From Diplonema japonicum (taxonomy: Eukaryota; Protista; Euglenozoa: Diplonemea), in contig OZ025734.1 of the NCBI GenBank assembly GCA_964019335.1, positions 248,001 to 312,000 on the forward strand: a DNA stretch of 64,000 bases, read 5' to 3'. How positions within the stretch are numbered: position 1 is the stretch's first letter; each line of letters starts with the position of its first letter. The notes under the pieces are model-generated. The model was not told where the DNA came from. It ran no database searches and saw only the letters and a list, made by a program, of their open reading frames with translations. Positions 21,159 through 31,628 of the stretch are shown here, one piece after another. A program made the position numbers and the translations under genes.

Positions 21159-21234
21159 AAAAGAAAAAGAAAAAGAAAAAGAAAAAGAAAAAGAAAAAGA
21201 AAAAGAAAAAGAAAAAGAAAAAGAAGAAAAAAAA
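21128..21234. repeat. poly(A) plus (GAAAAA)n microsatellite
   Basis: Directly visible. Confidence 0.95.
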
Positions 21235-21446
21235 GTGGCCCCGGCACCACCGTGGTCAAAAATGCATGCCGTTTGTTGCATTTTTTTTCCCGGACCTCTG
21301 GTTTTTTTTTTTTTTTTTTTTTTTTTTTGTTTTGATGGACATCCGCCCCTTCCGGACAAACTCATATATTGTCCGTGTTTCAATGGAAAGAAAAAAAAAA
21401 GGGGGGGGGGCTAGAAAGAGATGAGAACAAGGTCCTTTGGTTAACC

Positions 21447-22394
21447 TCAGGCATGGGTTGTTGCACAACCTTGCTCTACACACATCGCACCATTCTGGAA
21501 CCTATCGGGTAACATCGTCACGAACCTCGGGTGCTCCCATATGGCTTTGAGATCGGAGTCTGTTGACATATGCTGCCACCCATTGTAGCCGTGTCCTATT
21601 GCCTCTTGTAGGGCGTCCAATGCGGCATTGACGAAGTGGTCCTTCTGAGGGAGCTGCAGGGCCAACGCACAGGCCAGGTTGTACCACCCCTGTGGGGAGG
21701 AGGCGTCAAGGTCCGTGCACAGCTTGAACCACTGTACGCTGTCGGGTTCCTTTTTGTCCAAGCATTGTATGCCCTGTTTATGAAGCAGGTTGTACAAGCT
21801 GCGCACGTTTGCCTTGATGTCCAGCTGCCCGTCGGGTTGGGTGCTGACGGCTAGCCACCCATCGCACCCCAGAGTTTTCGGGCTCTCTGTACCGCTTGTC
21901 AACGCATCCACTGTGCCCTCGCCATGCAATTTTTTAAGTACCTTCTCCACCACAGCATTCGAGGGCTGCAGTACCTTGTCTGCATGCATATCCCTGATGT
22001 TGTCGAGCGCCCATGATGCTTCAGATTTTTTGGTGGGGGTGTATCGTCTGCGTTGGGGTGCAGGGCTTACGCCCCTTGGAGGGCTTCTGCACCTAGGTTG
22101 TCCCCACTGGTTGTATTGTATGCCAGGCAGCACAAAACAGACCTTCAGGCTTTTCTTCTCGCCCTTTCTCCACAACCTCATACATTCGCCCCACTCCTCT
22201 TCTGTGTCCATCGTCACATGGTCGCCCTCATCGTCCACGTACTGCATAGCAGCACGCCTGCCCTTCGACCACCGAGTACCCGCCTCCCGGATGGCCTCGA
22301 ACGAAGGGTTCATGAAGAATATCCTTCTTGTCTCAAGCACTTTGCCGTTCATCACAACTACCAACTTTACAGGTACCTCATTCATCTCCGTCAT
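21447..22394 (-). CDS. PB1-domain protein with C-terminal TPR-like region
   Basis: PB1 OPCA motif QYVDDEGDHVTMDTEEEW; C-terminal WYNLACALAL...AI..GY...DSDL. Confidence 0.85.
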   Translation of the reverse strand: MTEMNEVPVKLVVVMNGKVLETRRIFFMNPSFEAIREAGTRWSKGRRAAMQYVDDEGDHVTMDTEEEWGECMRLWRKGEKKSLKVCFVLPGIQYNQWGQPRCRSPPRGVSPAPQRRRYTPTKKSEASWALDNIRDMHADKVLQPSNAVVEKVLKKLHGEGTVDALTSGTESPKTLGCDGWLAVSTQPDGQLDIKANVRSLYNLLHKQGIQCLDKKEPDSVQWFKLCTDLDASSPQGWYNLACALALQLPQKDHFVNAALDALQEAIGHGYNGWQHMSTDSDLKAIWEHPRFVTMLPDRFQNGAMCVEQGCATTHA

Positions 22395-22803
22395 TTGTGT
22401 AAATTAAAACCTGTGAGTAGGCAACAAGAACATTCGCATTGCAGATTGCTGCTCCGTGTGGTCATAACGCAGAAAGGCTCACTTCTGTGAACCCCACGGA
22501 CCAGTCACACTTCTGTGAACCCCGTACTTGTACCTTCATGTGTTGGAGGTTGCCTGTTGCAGCAGCGGACTTCATCTCGCTAAACACTTCATTAGTCGTG
22601 CAGGCGATCGTCACACACACCAGAGTCCAGGAAAAAAGTTGTGGTTACCGTACTTGGTGAAATAAAGATTTTAGGTTTAAGGAAACGGTGGAAAAAATTT
22701 ATTTGCTCACCGTGAACAGTGTTTTTCCCTTTATTTTTTATTGATTGGGGAAGGTGGCACAAGAACAGGTGGGGAAGAAATTGAAGATAATTACACTAGT
22801 TCT

Positions 22804-24819
22804 TCACTGCCTTTCATCGTGGTCTTCGTACTTCCTTTTCAAACCCCTCTTTTCGGGAGAAGCCTCCTTGCGCCTTGCCAGAAGAAGTGCCCGAATGGAC
22901 TCAACGTTGCCCCCCACAGCCGCGTAGAACAGTGGGGTGTGCCCCTCCCCGTCCCTCACACAAGGGTCCTGCTCGTAGGAATCCAGTAGCAGCTGCATCG
23001 TCTCAGTACAGCTTTCAGCAGCCATGTGCAAAGGAATGAGCCCCCGATGGTCCCTCACACAAGGGTCCTGCTTGTACTCATCGATGAGGACCTTCACCAC
23101 CTCCAAGCTGTCCCCTGCCGCCCAGTGCAAGGCTGTCTTGCCATCGTTATCCCTCATGTCAGGGTCCACTTTGCACTCATCGAGGAGGTACCTCAGCACC
23201 TCCATGCACCCTTCACTTGCTGCATCATGAATGGCGGTGCCTCCAATGTCTGACTCGGTGCAAGGGTCAAGCTTGCACTCTTCGACAAAGCACTTCACCA
23301 CATCAACTCGGTTGTTCATAGCTGCCCTGTGCAAGGGTGTGGTGCCTGTCCCATCCTTCATCCCAGGGTCAAGCTTGCAGACTTCAGTGAGATACCTGAC
23401 CACATGCAGCTGTCCCTTCTCTGCTGCGATGTCCATGAGTCCGTTGCCACCTCTGGTCCTTGAGCCAGGGTTTTGCTTGTGAACTTCGACAAGGTGCTTC
23501 ACTGCCTCCAGATGACCACTTTGTGCTGCATACATAATAGGCGTGAATTCCCTGTCCAGGACCGTCAGCTCCTGCTTGTAAACATTGACGAGGCAGTCAA
23601 TTGCCGCAAGCTTGCCATTTTCTGCGGCGAAGTGGAGAGGTGTGGTGCCGACTGTGTCCCTTGCCCCAGGGTCCTGCTTGTACTCGTCGATGAGGAGCCT
23701 CATGACCTCAACATGACCATTAAGTGCTGCCACATGAAGGTAGGAGGTTCCTTCATCATCCACAAGGCTGGGGTCAAGCTTGCACTCTTCGATGAAATAC
23801 CTCATCACATCAACATGGTTCGCCATTACCGCCCAGTACAAGGGTGTGGTGCCTTTCCCATTCTTCATCCCACCAGGGTCAACCTTGCAGACTTCAGTGA
23901 GATACCTGACAACATGCAAGTGGTTGCTACACACAGCAAGGTCTATGGGTGCCATGCCTCTGTTGTTTCTCAAATTGGGGTCCAGCTTAAAGTCACTAAC
24001 GAGCCACTCCAGTGATTGAAGCCTTCCCGCTTCCGCTGCGTGGTGGACGAGAGTTTCACCGCTGGGTTCCACAACCGCAGGGTCTTGCTTGCACTCCTCA
24101 ATGAGATACTTCATAGCCTCGAACTGGCCTTTTGTGAGAAGGACTGCTTCAAGGCCATCGGCAGTCGGGGTCGCAGGGTCTATCTTGCACACCTCAATGA
24201 GGTACCTCAAGGCCTCCACATGACCCCCCAGTGCCGCCCTGTGAATGTGAGCATAGCCCTCATCGTCATTACTGCTTCGGTCATGCTTGCACTCTTCGAC
24301 AAGATACTTCATCACATCAACTTGGTTCTTCGCTGCCGCCCTGTGCAAGGGTGTGGTGCCTTCCCCATCCTTCATCCCAGGGTCAAGCTTGCAGACTTCA
24401 GTGAGATACCTGACCACATGCAGCTGCCCACATTCAACTGCGATGTCCATGGGTGCGAAGCCACCTGTGGTCCTTGAGCCAGGGTTTTGCTTGTAAACAT
24501 CAACAAGGTGCTTCACTGCCTCCAGATGACCAAATTGTGCTGCATACATAATCGGCGTGAATACCTTGTCCTGGACCGTCAGCTCCTGCTTGTAAACATT
24601 GACGAGACAGTCAATTGCCGCAAGCTTGCCATTCCCTGCAGCGAAGTGGAGAGGTGTGGTGCCCTTGGTGTCCCTTGCCCCAGGGTCCAGCTTGTACTCG
24701 TCGATGAGGAGCCTCATGGCAGCGACCTGATCGTGCTTTGCTGCAGTGTGCAAAGCTGTCAAACCACACGGACCAGTCACACTTCTGTGAACCCCGTACT
24801 TCTGAACGATTGCCTTCAT
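22804..24819 (-). CDS. Ankyrin-repeat protein, copy 2 (671 aa from the second Met; ancestral start at 24881 frameshifted)
   Basis: Ankyrin motifs; 4-nt deletion near 24853 relative to paralogues. Confidence 0.8.
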   Translation of the reverse strand: MKAIVQKYGVHRSVTGPCGLTALHTAAKHDQVAAMRLLIDEYKLDPGARDTKGTTPLHFAAGNGKLAAIDCLVNVYKQELTVQDKVFTPIMYAAQFGHLEAVKHLVDVYKQNPGSRTTGGFAPMDIAVECGQLHVVRYLTEVCKLDPGMKDGEGTTPLHRAAAKNQVDVMKYLVEECKHDRSSNDDEGYAHIHRAALGGHVEALRYLIEVCKIDPATPTADGLEAVLLTKGQFEAMKYLIEECKQDPAVVEPSGETLVHHAAEAGRLQSLEWLVSDFKLDPNLRNNRGMAPIDLAVCSNHLHVVRYLTEVCKVDPGGMKNGKGTTPLYWAVMANHVDVMRYFIEECKLDPSLVDDEGTSYLHVAALNGHVEVMRLLIDEYKQDPGARDTVGTTPLHFAAENGKLAAIDCLVNVYKQELTVLDREFTPIMYAAQSGHLEAVKHLVEVHKQNPGSRTRGGNGLMDIAAEKGQLHVVRYLTEVCKLDPGMKDGTGTTPLHRAAMNNRVDVVKCFVEECKLDPCTESDIGGTAIHDAASEGCMEVLRYLLDECKVDPDMRDNDGKTALHWAAGDSLEVVKVLIDEYKQDPCVRDHRGLIPLHMAAESCTETMQLLLDSYEQDPCVRDGEGHTPLFYAAVGGNVESIRALLLARRKEASPEKRGLKRKYEDHDERQ

Positions 24820-24975
24820 GTGTTGGAGGTTGCCTGTCGCAGCAGCGGACTCCCGCCAAACACTTCATTGTCCTCATCCATGTTGCCTGTGCTGCTTGTG
24901 GAGGGTGAAGAAGGGGATCAGTGGTTGCTGAAACAATAGTTTCGAGATTGGGGAAAATGTCCAACAAGGCAACTA

Positions 24976-25572
24976 CTGTAAAGTGAAAAATGTCCGGACG
25001 GACAAACACCATCAAGAACAGCTGGGTTTCTTGTTTTGGTCGCTCACCTGCAGCCTTCCAATTTGGGAACTTTCGTTTGTTGCCGGTTTCGCTGGTGTTC
25101 TGGTTATGGTTGCTGTTGGGGAAACACAGAAAGCGGACGATGAATGGGGTGAAGGGTAGGGAGGAAGGGCAGCGTACCTCCCCTCTCCCCTGTGTTTGCG
25201 GGTCGCCGCTTGGCGTTTAATGTATTTCGCCACCCCCCGCCCGCCTTCTGTCAGGGCCCCGTGTGAAGATAACCTCAAGCCCCCCGTTGTAACTAAATCA
25301 ACGGGGAGACCTCGCGGGTGGGGGATAAGAGGAAACTGAGCGAAGGAGAGGGCTGCGGCAACTGCAAGAAAGTGGGCACAATGCCCGTTCTTGCAAGAAC
25401 CCCCACCACTCGACTGCTGCGTCACAGCCGCAGACTCCTAGAGGTCTCTTCTGAGCTGAAGCAGACCCAGCCAACGTAGTGTAATTGTGTAGAGTCATTC
25501 CCCTCCCCCTTTTTTTCCTTTTGCCTCAATCATTTATTCCTATTGCTGCAGCGTTCTCTATATTTCGCCAAA
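24976..25572 (+). mobile_element. Left end of a probable Tc1/mariner-pogo type insertion (TA|CTGTAAAG...)
   Basis: Interrupts the ankyrin upstream region at a TA (compare the empty site near 30189); same end at 20851; starts like the reverse complement of the 28758 end. Confidence 0.5.
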
Positions 25573-25844
25573 TAGTCAAAAAAACGAAAATGCGAAAGGC
25601 TCCGTGTTTTGTGGAAATTCGAAATTAGGTTTCCTAAAGGAAGATTTTGATGGTTTACAGGTAACGGTGGCAAAATGAAATTGGGTTTCCGTGTTTGGTG
25701 GAAAATGAAATTCAGGTTGGCTTGAACGGTGGAAAATTTTCATTTGGCTGCCGTGTTGTAGGTTTTCTCTTTTTTTATTGATTGGGGAAGGTGCCACAAG
25801 GAAGAACAGGTGGGGAAGAAATTGAAGATAATTACACTAGTTCT

Positions 25845-26885
25845 TCACTGCCTTTCATCGTGGTCTTCGTACTTCCTTTTCACGCCCTTCTTTTCGGGAG
25901 AAGCCTCCTTGCGCCTTGCCAGAAGAAGTGCCCGAATGGACTCAACGTTGCCCCCCACAGCCGCGTAGAACAGTGGGGTGTGCCCCTTCCCGTCCCTCAC
26001 ACAAGGGTCCTGCTCGTAGGAATCCAGTAGCAGCTGCATCGTCTCAGTACAGCTTTCAGCAGCCATGTGCAAAGGAATGAGCCCCCGATAGTCCCTCACA
26101 CAAGGGTCCTGCTTGTACTCATCGATGAGGACCTTCACCACCTCCAAGCTGCCTCTTGCCGCCCAGTGCAAGGCTGTCTCGCCATCGTCGTCCCTCATGT
26201 CAGGGTCCACTTTGCACTCATCGAGGAGGTACCTCAGCACCTCCATGCACCCTTCACTTGCTGCTTCGTGAATGACGGTGCCTCCAATGTCTGACTCGGT
26301 GCAAGGGTCAAGCTTGCACTCTTCGACAAAGTACTTCATCACATCAACTTTGTTGTATATTGCCGCCCTGTGCAAGGGTGTGATGCCTGTCCCATCCTTC
26401 ATCCCAGGGTCAAGCTTGCAGACTTCAGTGAGATACCTGACAACATGCAGCTGTCCCTTCTCTGCTGCGATGTCCATGGGTGCGAAGCCACCTGTGGTCC
26501 TTGAGCCAGGGCTTTGCTTGTGAACTTCGACAAGGTGCCTCACTGCCTCCAGATGACCAAATTGTGCTGCATACATAATCGGCGTGAGTTTACTGTCCTG
26601 GACCGTCAGCTCCTGCTTGTAAACATTGACGAGACAGTCAATTGCCTCAAGCTTGCCATAACGAGCAGCGAGGTGCAAAGGTGTGGTGCCCTTGGTGTCC
26701 CTTGCCCCAGGGTCCAGCTTGTACTCGTCGATGAGGAGCCTCATGGCAGCGACCTGACCGTGCTTTGCTGCAGTGTGCAAAGCTGTCAAACCACGCGGAC
26801 CAGTCACACTTCTGTGAACCCCGTACTTCTGAATGATTGCCTTCATGTGTTGGAGGTTGCCTGTCGCAGCAGCGGACTCCACCTC
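25845..26885 (-). pseudogene. Ankyrin-repeat protein, copy 3, 5'-truncated
   Basis: Duplicate of copy 4 (offset 3186) broken at 26885 by transposon sequence; the downstream Met (MKAIIQ) is retained. Confidence 0.75.
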
Positions 26886-28758
26886 CAGCCCCCTAAACAC
26901 ATTCCAGACGCTTAATCTTTCATTAAACTTACTCTTCATTAACTTTTTCAAAAATGCAACAGGGCACTTTGACTAACTGGGTTGGCAAGCGTACCTTTTT
27001 GGATGCTGGCAACTCCGGCCATCTTACCCCCAGGAAAGTGCAAGAGATCAACACCTTGCACGCCGCCAAGAAAGCAAGAAAGCCTCCTGCGAAGCTCAAG
27101 CTTGCTGAGGCTGAAAAGGCCAAAAATAGGCCGCTACGCAGCCACCTATGGTACCACGGCGGCCCAGCGCTGGTACCGCGCGAAGGAAGACATCACGGTG
27201 CCAACGTCCAGTATATCAGACTGGAAACACCGCTTTGGTAGCTCCAAGGTCGATCCCCCTGCCGCACCTGTTTACTGCGGGTCGCAAGCCTCTTCTGAAC
27301 GAGGAAGAAACAACCAAGCTCTTTGCTTGGATCCAGGTGCAGAACGGAAGGGGGGTGCCGGTAGCAGCGTCGGACATCTGCCTGTATGCAGAGGGTCTCC
27401 TGCGCTGCAACCCGCTGCGGAAGGAGAACCTCGAGGCGTTTGGGGGAACGGTGTCTTTCTCCCAAGCCTGGGCCAACCAGCTGTGCTCCAAGCATGGCAT
27501 GACAAGCCGCCGCCCAACAACAGGGAAGTCTAGCAGCCTCAATGACACCCAAGCAGCGAGGAGGTTCGCAGAGTACGTCGGAAGGACCATCAAAGAACAT
27601 GGGATCAGGCCAGAGTTGACCTGGAACATGGACCAGACGGCGCTTCCCCTGCTGCCGCTGGGGAAGAAGTCGAAGACTAAAAGGGGTTCCAAGGTTGTCA
27701 AGGTTAGGGGCTTGGGGGACAAGCGTGCCGTCACCGGACAGTTTTGCGTTTCCCTGTCTGGTGGCAAACTGCATCCGCAGTTAATTTACACGGGAAGAAC
27801 AGAACCAGCCCGCTGCAGGAAATACCCCGGGTCCGTCCCTCGTGTTGCACACCCCCCCAAAAGGCTGGAGTTTAACAGCTTCGAAATCCCACTGGGCCAC
27901 CCAAGAAACGCTTCAGCTCTGGGTAAAACGTGTCTTTCTCCCCTGTTGCTATAAACTTATAAAGTCATCGGGCTGGGCACCCAACGAGCCCATCTTGCTC
28001 ATCCTAGATGACTACAATGGCCACACTACGGATGATTTTGTGAACTTGTTTTTAGAAACAAACGTTCACTTAGCGTTTGTCCCTCCAGGCCTCACCTATT
28101 TGTGCCAGCCCTGGACATAGGACTGAACGCCTCAGTGAAGGCGACAATCAAGACCAAGTATAAAAAGTGGTCTATGAGGAGGCTGGACAAGTATGTGGAA
28201 GAAGGGAACCGTCAGGAAGGGTGGACGGTACCAAGTACAAGTGAGATAAAAGGACCACATCTGAGGTATTTTTTAAAAAATAAACTAAAATAATTCAACT
28301 TTCCCTCTTTTTTCTGCCAGGTGGGTTGAAGCAGATGACACGATTGTCGTGTCATCTGACACAAGTACGGTTTCCGCCGCTTCTTGGGTGGACGGAGCTT
28401 CGTTTTCCGTTTCTTCTTCTTCTTTTTCTTCGGTAGAAATGCTCCCCCCCTTGACCCAGCAAAGACTTGCTGAGGCCGAGGCCAAGCGCTCTGCCAAGGC
28501 TGCGAAGGCAGCAAAGACGGACAGGTAGGACGTTCCTCACCCCCTTTTTTTAGTTTTATTTTTGCCATTTTTAAGACTCTTGCAACAGAAACATAAGTTT
28601 TTCCAGGGAAACATGCAGCAGACAGGGGGAGGGGACAGTGCGTAGGACAGGCTAGGTACCCCCTTGAAAAGTGCCCCAAAAAAATGTCCGGAAGAAAAAA
28701 TCACCGGATGTTTCGGCGGTCCGGATATTTTATCTTCCGGTGGATTTTTGTTTTACAG
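26886..28758 (+). mobile_element. Decayed pogo-superfamily DNA transposon (CENP-B HTH plus DD35D transposase)
   Basis: WNMDQT, ILLILDDYNGH, VPPGLTYLCQP-LD with 35 residues between the second and third Asp; at least 4 frameshifts; probable GT-AG intron 28266-28320; ends TTTACAG|TA. Confidence 0.85.
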
Positions 28759-29030
28759 TAGTCAAAAAAACGAAAATGCGAAAGGCTCCGTGTTTTGTGG
28801 AAATTCGAAATTAGGTTTCCTAAAGGAAGATTTTGATGGTTTACAGGTAACGGTGGCAAAATGAAATTGGGTTTCCGTGTTTGGTGGAAAATGAAATTCA
28901 GGTTGGCTTGAACGGTGGAAAATTTTCATTTGGCTGCCGTGTTGTAGGTTTTCTCTTTTTTTATTGATTGGGGAAGGTGCCACAAGGAAGAACAGGTGGG
29001 GAAGAAATTGAAGATAATTACACTAGTTCT

Positions 29031-30098
29031 TCACTGCCTTTCATCGTGGTCTTCGTACTTCCTTTTCACGCCCCTCTTTTCGGGAGAAGCCTCCTTGCGC
29101 CTTGCCAGAAGAAGTGCCCGAATGGACTCAACGTTGCCCCCCTCAGCCGCGTAGAACAGTGGGGTGTGCCCCTCCCCGTCCCTCACGCAAGGGTCCTGCT
29201 CGTAGGAATCCAGTAGCAGCTGCATCGTCTCAGTACAGCTTTCAGCAGCCATGTGCAAAGGAATGAGCCCCCGATAGTCCCTCACACAAGGGTCCTGCTT
29301 GTACTCATCGATGAGGAGCTTCACCACCTCCAAGCTGCCTCTTGCCGCCCAGTGCAAGGCTGTCTCGCCATCGTTATCCCTCATGTCAGGGTCCACTTTG
29401 CACTCATCGAGGAGGTACCTCAGCACCTCCATGCACCCTTCACTTGCTGCTTCGTGAATGACGGTGCCTCCAATGTCTGACTCGGTGCAAGGGTCAAGCT
29501 TGCACTCTTCGACAAAGTACTTCATCACATCAACTTTGTTGTATATTGCCGCCCTGTGCAAGGGTGTGGTGCCTGTCCCATCCTTCATCCCAGGGTCAAG
29601 TTTGCAGACTTCAGTGAGATACCTGACAACATGCAGCTGTCCCTTCTCTGCTGCGGTGTCCATGGGTGCGAAGCCACCTGTGGTCCTTGAGCCAGGGTTT
29701 TGCTTGTGAACTTCGACAAGGTGCCTCACTGCCTCCAGATGACCAAATTGTGCTGCATACATAATCGGCGTGAGTTTACTGTCCTGGACCGTCAGCTCCT
29801 GCTTGTAAACATTGACGAGACAGTCAATTGCCGCAAGCTTGCCATAACGAGCAGCGAGGTGCAAAGGTGTGGTGCCCTTGGTGTCCCTTGCCCCAGGGTC
29901 CAGCTTGTACTCGTCGATGAGGAGCCTCATGGCAGCGACCTGATCGTGCTTTGCTGCAGTGTGCAAAGCTGTCGAACCACGCGGACCAGTCACACTTCTG
30001 TGAACCCCGTACTTCTGAATGATTGCCTTCATGTGTTGGAGGTTGCCTGTCGCAGCAGCGGACTCCACCTCGCCAAACACTGCATTGTCCTCATCCAT
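29031..30098 (-). CDS. Ankyrin-repeat protein, copy 4 (355 aa, intact)
   Basis: ATG to stop intact; ankyrin motifs. Confidence 0.92.
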   Translation of the reverse strand: MDEDNAVFGEVESAAATGNLQHMKAIIQKYGVHRSVTGPRGSTALHTAAKHDQVAAMRLLIDEYKLDPGARDTKGTTPLHLAARYGKLAAIDCLVNVYKQELTVQDSKLTPIMYAAQFGHLEAVRHLVEVHKQNPGSRTTGGFAPMDTAAEKGQLHVVRYLTEVCKLDPGMKDGTGTTPLHRAAIYNKVDVMKYFVEECKLDPCTESDIGGTVIHEAASEGCMEVLRYLLDECKVDPDMRDNDGETALHWAARGSLEVVKLLIDEYKQDPCVRDYRGLIPLHMAAESCTETMQLLLDSYEQDPCVRDGEGHTPLFYAAEGGNVESIRALLLARRKEASPEKRGVKRKYEDHDERQ

Positions 30099-30271
30099 GT
30101 TGCCTGTGCTGCTTGTGGAGGGTGAAGAAGGGGATCAGTGGTTGCTGAAACAATAGTTTCGAGATTGGGGAAAATGCCGAACAAGGCAACAAAACCAAGG
30201 TGCCTCCAAAGATTCTCTCTTTTTCATCTTCTTTTTTTTTTCTTCGATTGCAGCAATGTGCAAGGGCACAA

Positions 30272-30347
30272 CAATCTGACACAAGCGCGAAGACCTAACG
30301 CTGCACAGGTGTCTGTCGCAGCAACGAAAGGCGCTTAAGCTGTGTGG
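30272..30347 (-). ncRNA. AGA-box RNA type 1 copy
   Basis: Same hairpin as 12462-12537. Confidence 0.6.
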
Positions 30348-30364
30348 GCCGTCTCTTTTAGGAT

Positions 30365-30434
30365 TCATCTCAGAGAGGACAAGTCACGGTGCACTCCGCA
30401 AAGGGGTCATCAGAGGCCGTGTGCAAAACTCTTA
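30365..30434 (-). ncRNA. AGA-box RNA type 2 copy
   Basis: Same as 12555-12624; a truncated C/D type 2 relic lies at about 30492-30550. Confidence 0.7.
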
Positions 30435-31628
30435 TGGTTTTGGTTTTCAGCAACCACGTATCAGAATTTTTACGTAAATCGGTGTTGTTGCTCAGAAGGA
30501 ACCCAACTTTTTCAAAAGAAATATCGATCTCAGCCGGAAGAGGAGAACCTTCATTATTATTTTTATTATTCTTTTTTTTTTTTTTGTTACCAAATATTTA
30601 TCATCCCTCAAAGCAAGACGAAGGATGGGCAGCCTTAGGGAATTGAGGATCGAAAAGTCAAAAAAAAAAATGCAGGTGAAGAAGTTGCGGTTGCCAGCAC
30701 TGCCGAGGTGGATGATAACGAGGGTGACACGAGTAACGATAATACGGCCGGTGCAATAAAAAAAGATTTTATTCTTCTTTTTTTTTTTTTTTTTTTTTTT
30801 CTACGAAGCCAGCATTAAAAAAAAACTTTTTAAAAAAAAAATATGAAAGTAGTTCCAGACGAAGAGAGGTGTCGAAAGAAAAGGGGGATTTGGGGAGGGG
30901 GGGTGGGCCACATATTGTATATTTCTTTAGTGCTTAAGAGTGGTTTCCCCACTCACAGGGTGGTTGTGAAAACGAAACTCATCTTTGAAAGGGGGGAGGG
31001 GGGGTGGCGGCTAAAATTAAAAAAAAAAGCGGGGTTTCCCAATCTATTCTTTATTTCCTCGGACCGCTCTATGCCGTCCACAAGCCATATTGCAGCCCAA
31101 GTTGTGGGGATGGCTGGGGGGGGGGGGGGGGGTACAAACATTTACTTGCTCTTTATCTCCGTTCAGAATTCGGAATAAAAAAAAAAAAGAAAAAAGGAAG
31201 ATGGGAAACAGGGCAGGAAGAAGGCCGCCAAGGGAAAACATCAGGGAGAAGGGGGATAATAATAAAATAAATAAATAAATAAAAACTTTTTTTTTTCCTT
31301 CTTTTTTTTTTGTTGAGGGTCTGTCCTAGCTGAGAGGGAATAAATGAAAAAACGAAGAGAAAGAGAAAAAAAAAAAGAGAAAGAGAAAGAGAAAGAGGGG
31401 GGGGAAACCCCCCCCTCGCACCCCCCCCCCCCCCCCATCTTCCTCCATTGCTTTCTTTCTTTATTTGTTCTTTTCAAAGAAAAAAAAAACAGCAATATTT
31501 TTTTTTCTTCCTGAAATAGAGTATCTGGGTGGGGGGGGGGGGGGTCTATTTTTCCATTTTTTCTTTTCGTTCATTTTGATTCTTTGATTGCATATTTACT
31601 AAGATTTCGCACGACGAGCCCACCCCCC

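Noticed and set aside
20706-21483. ORFs rich in poly-Phe or poly-Lys here and throughout
   Set aside because: Translations of A/T homopolymers and microsatellites
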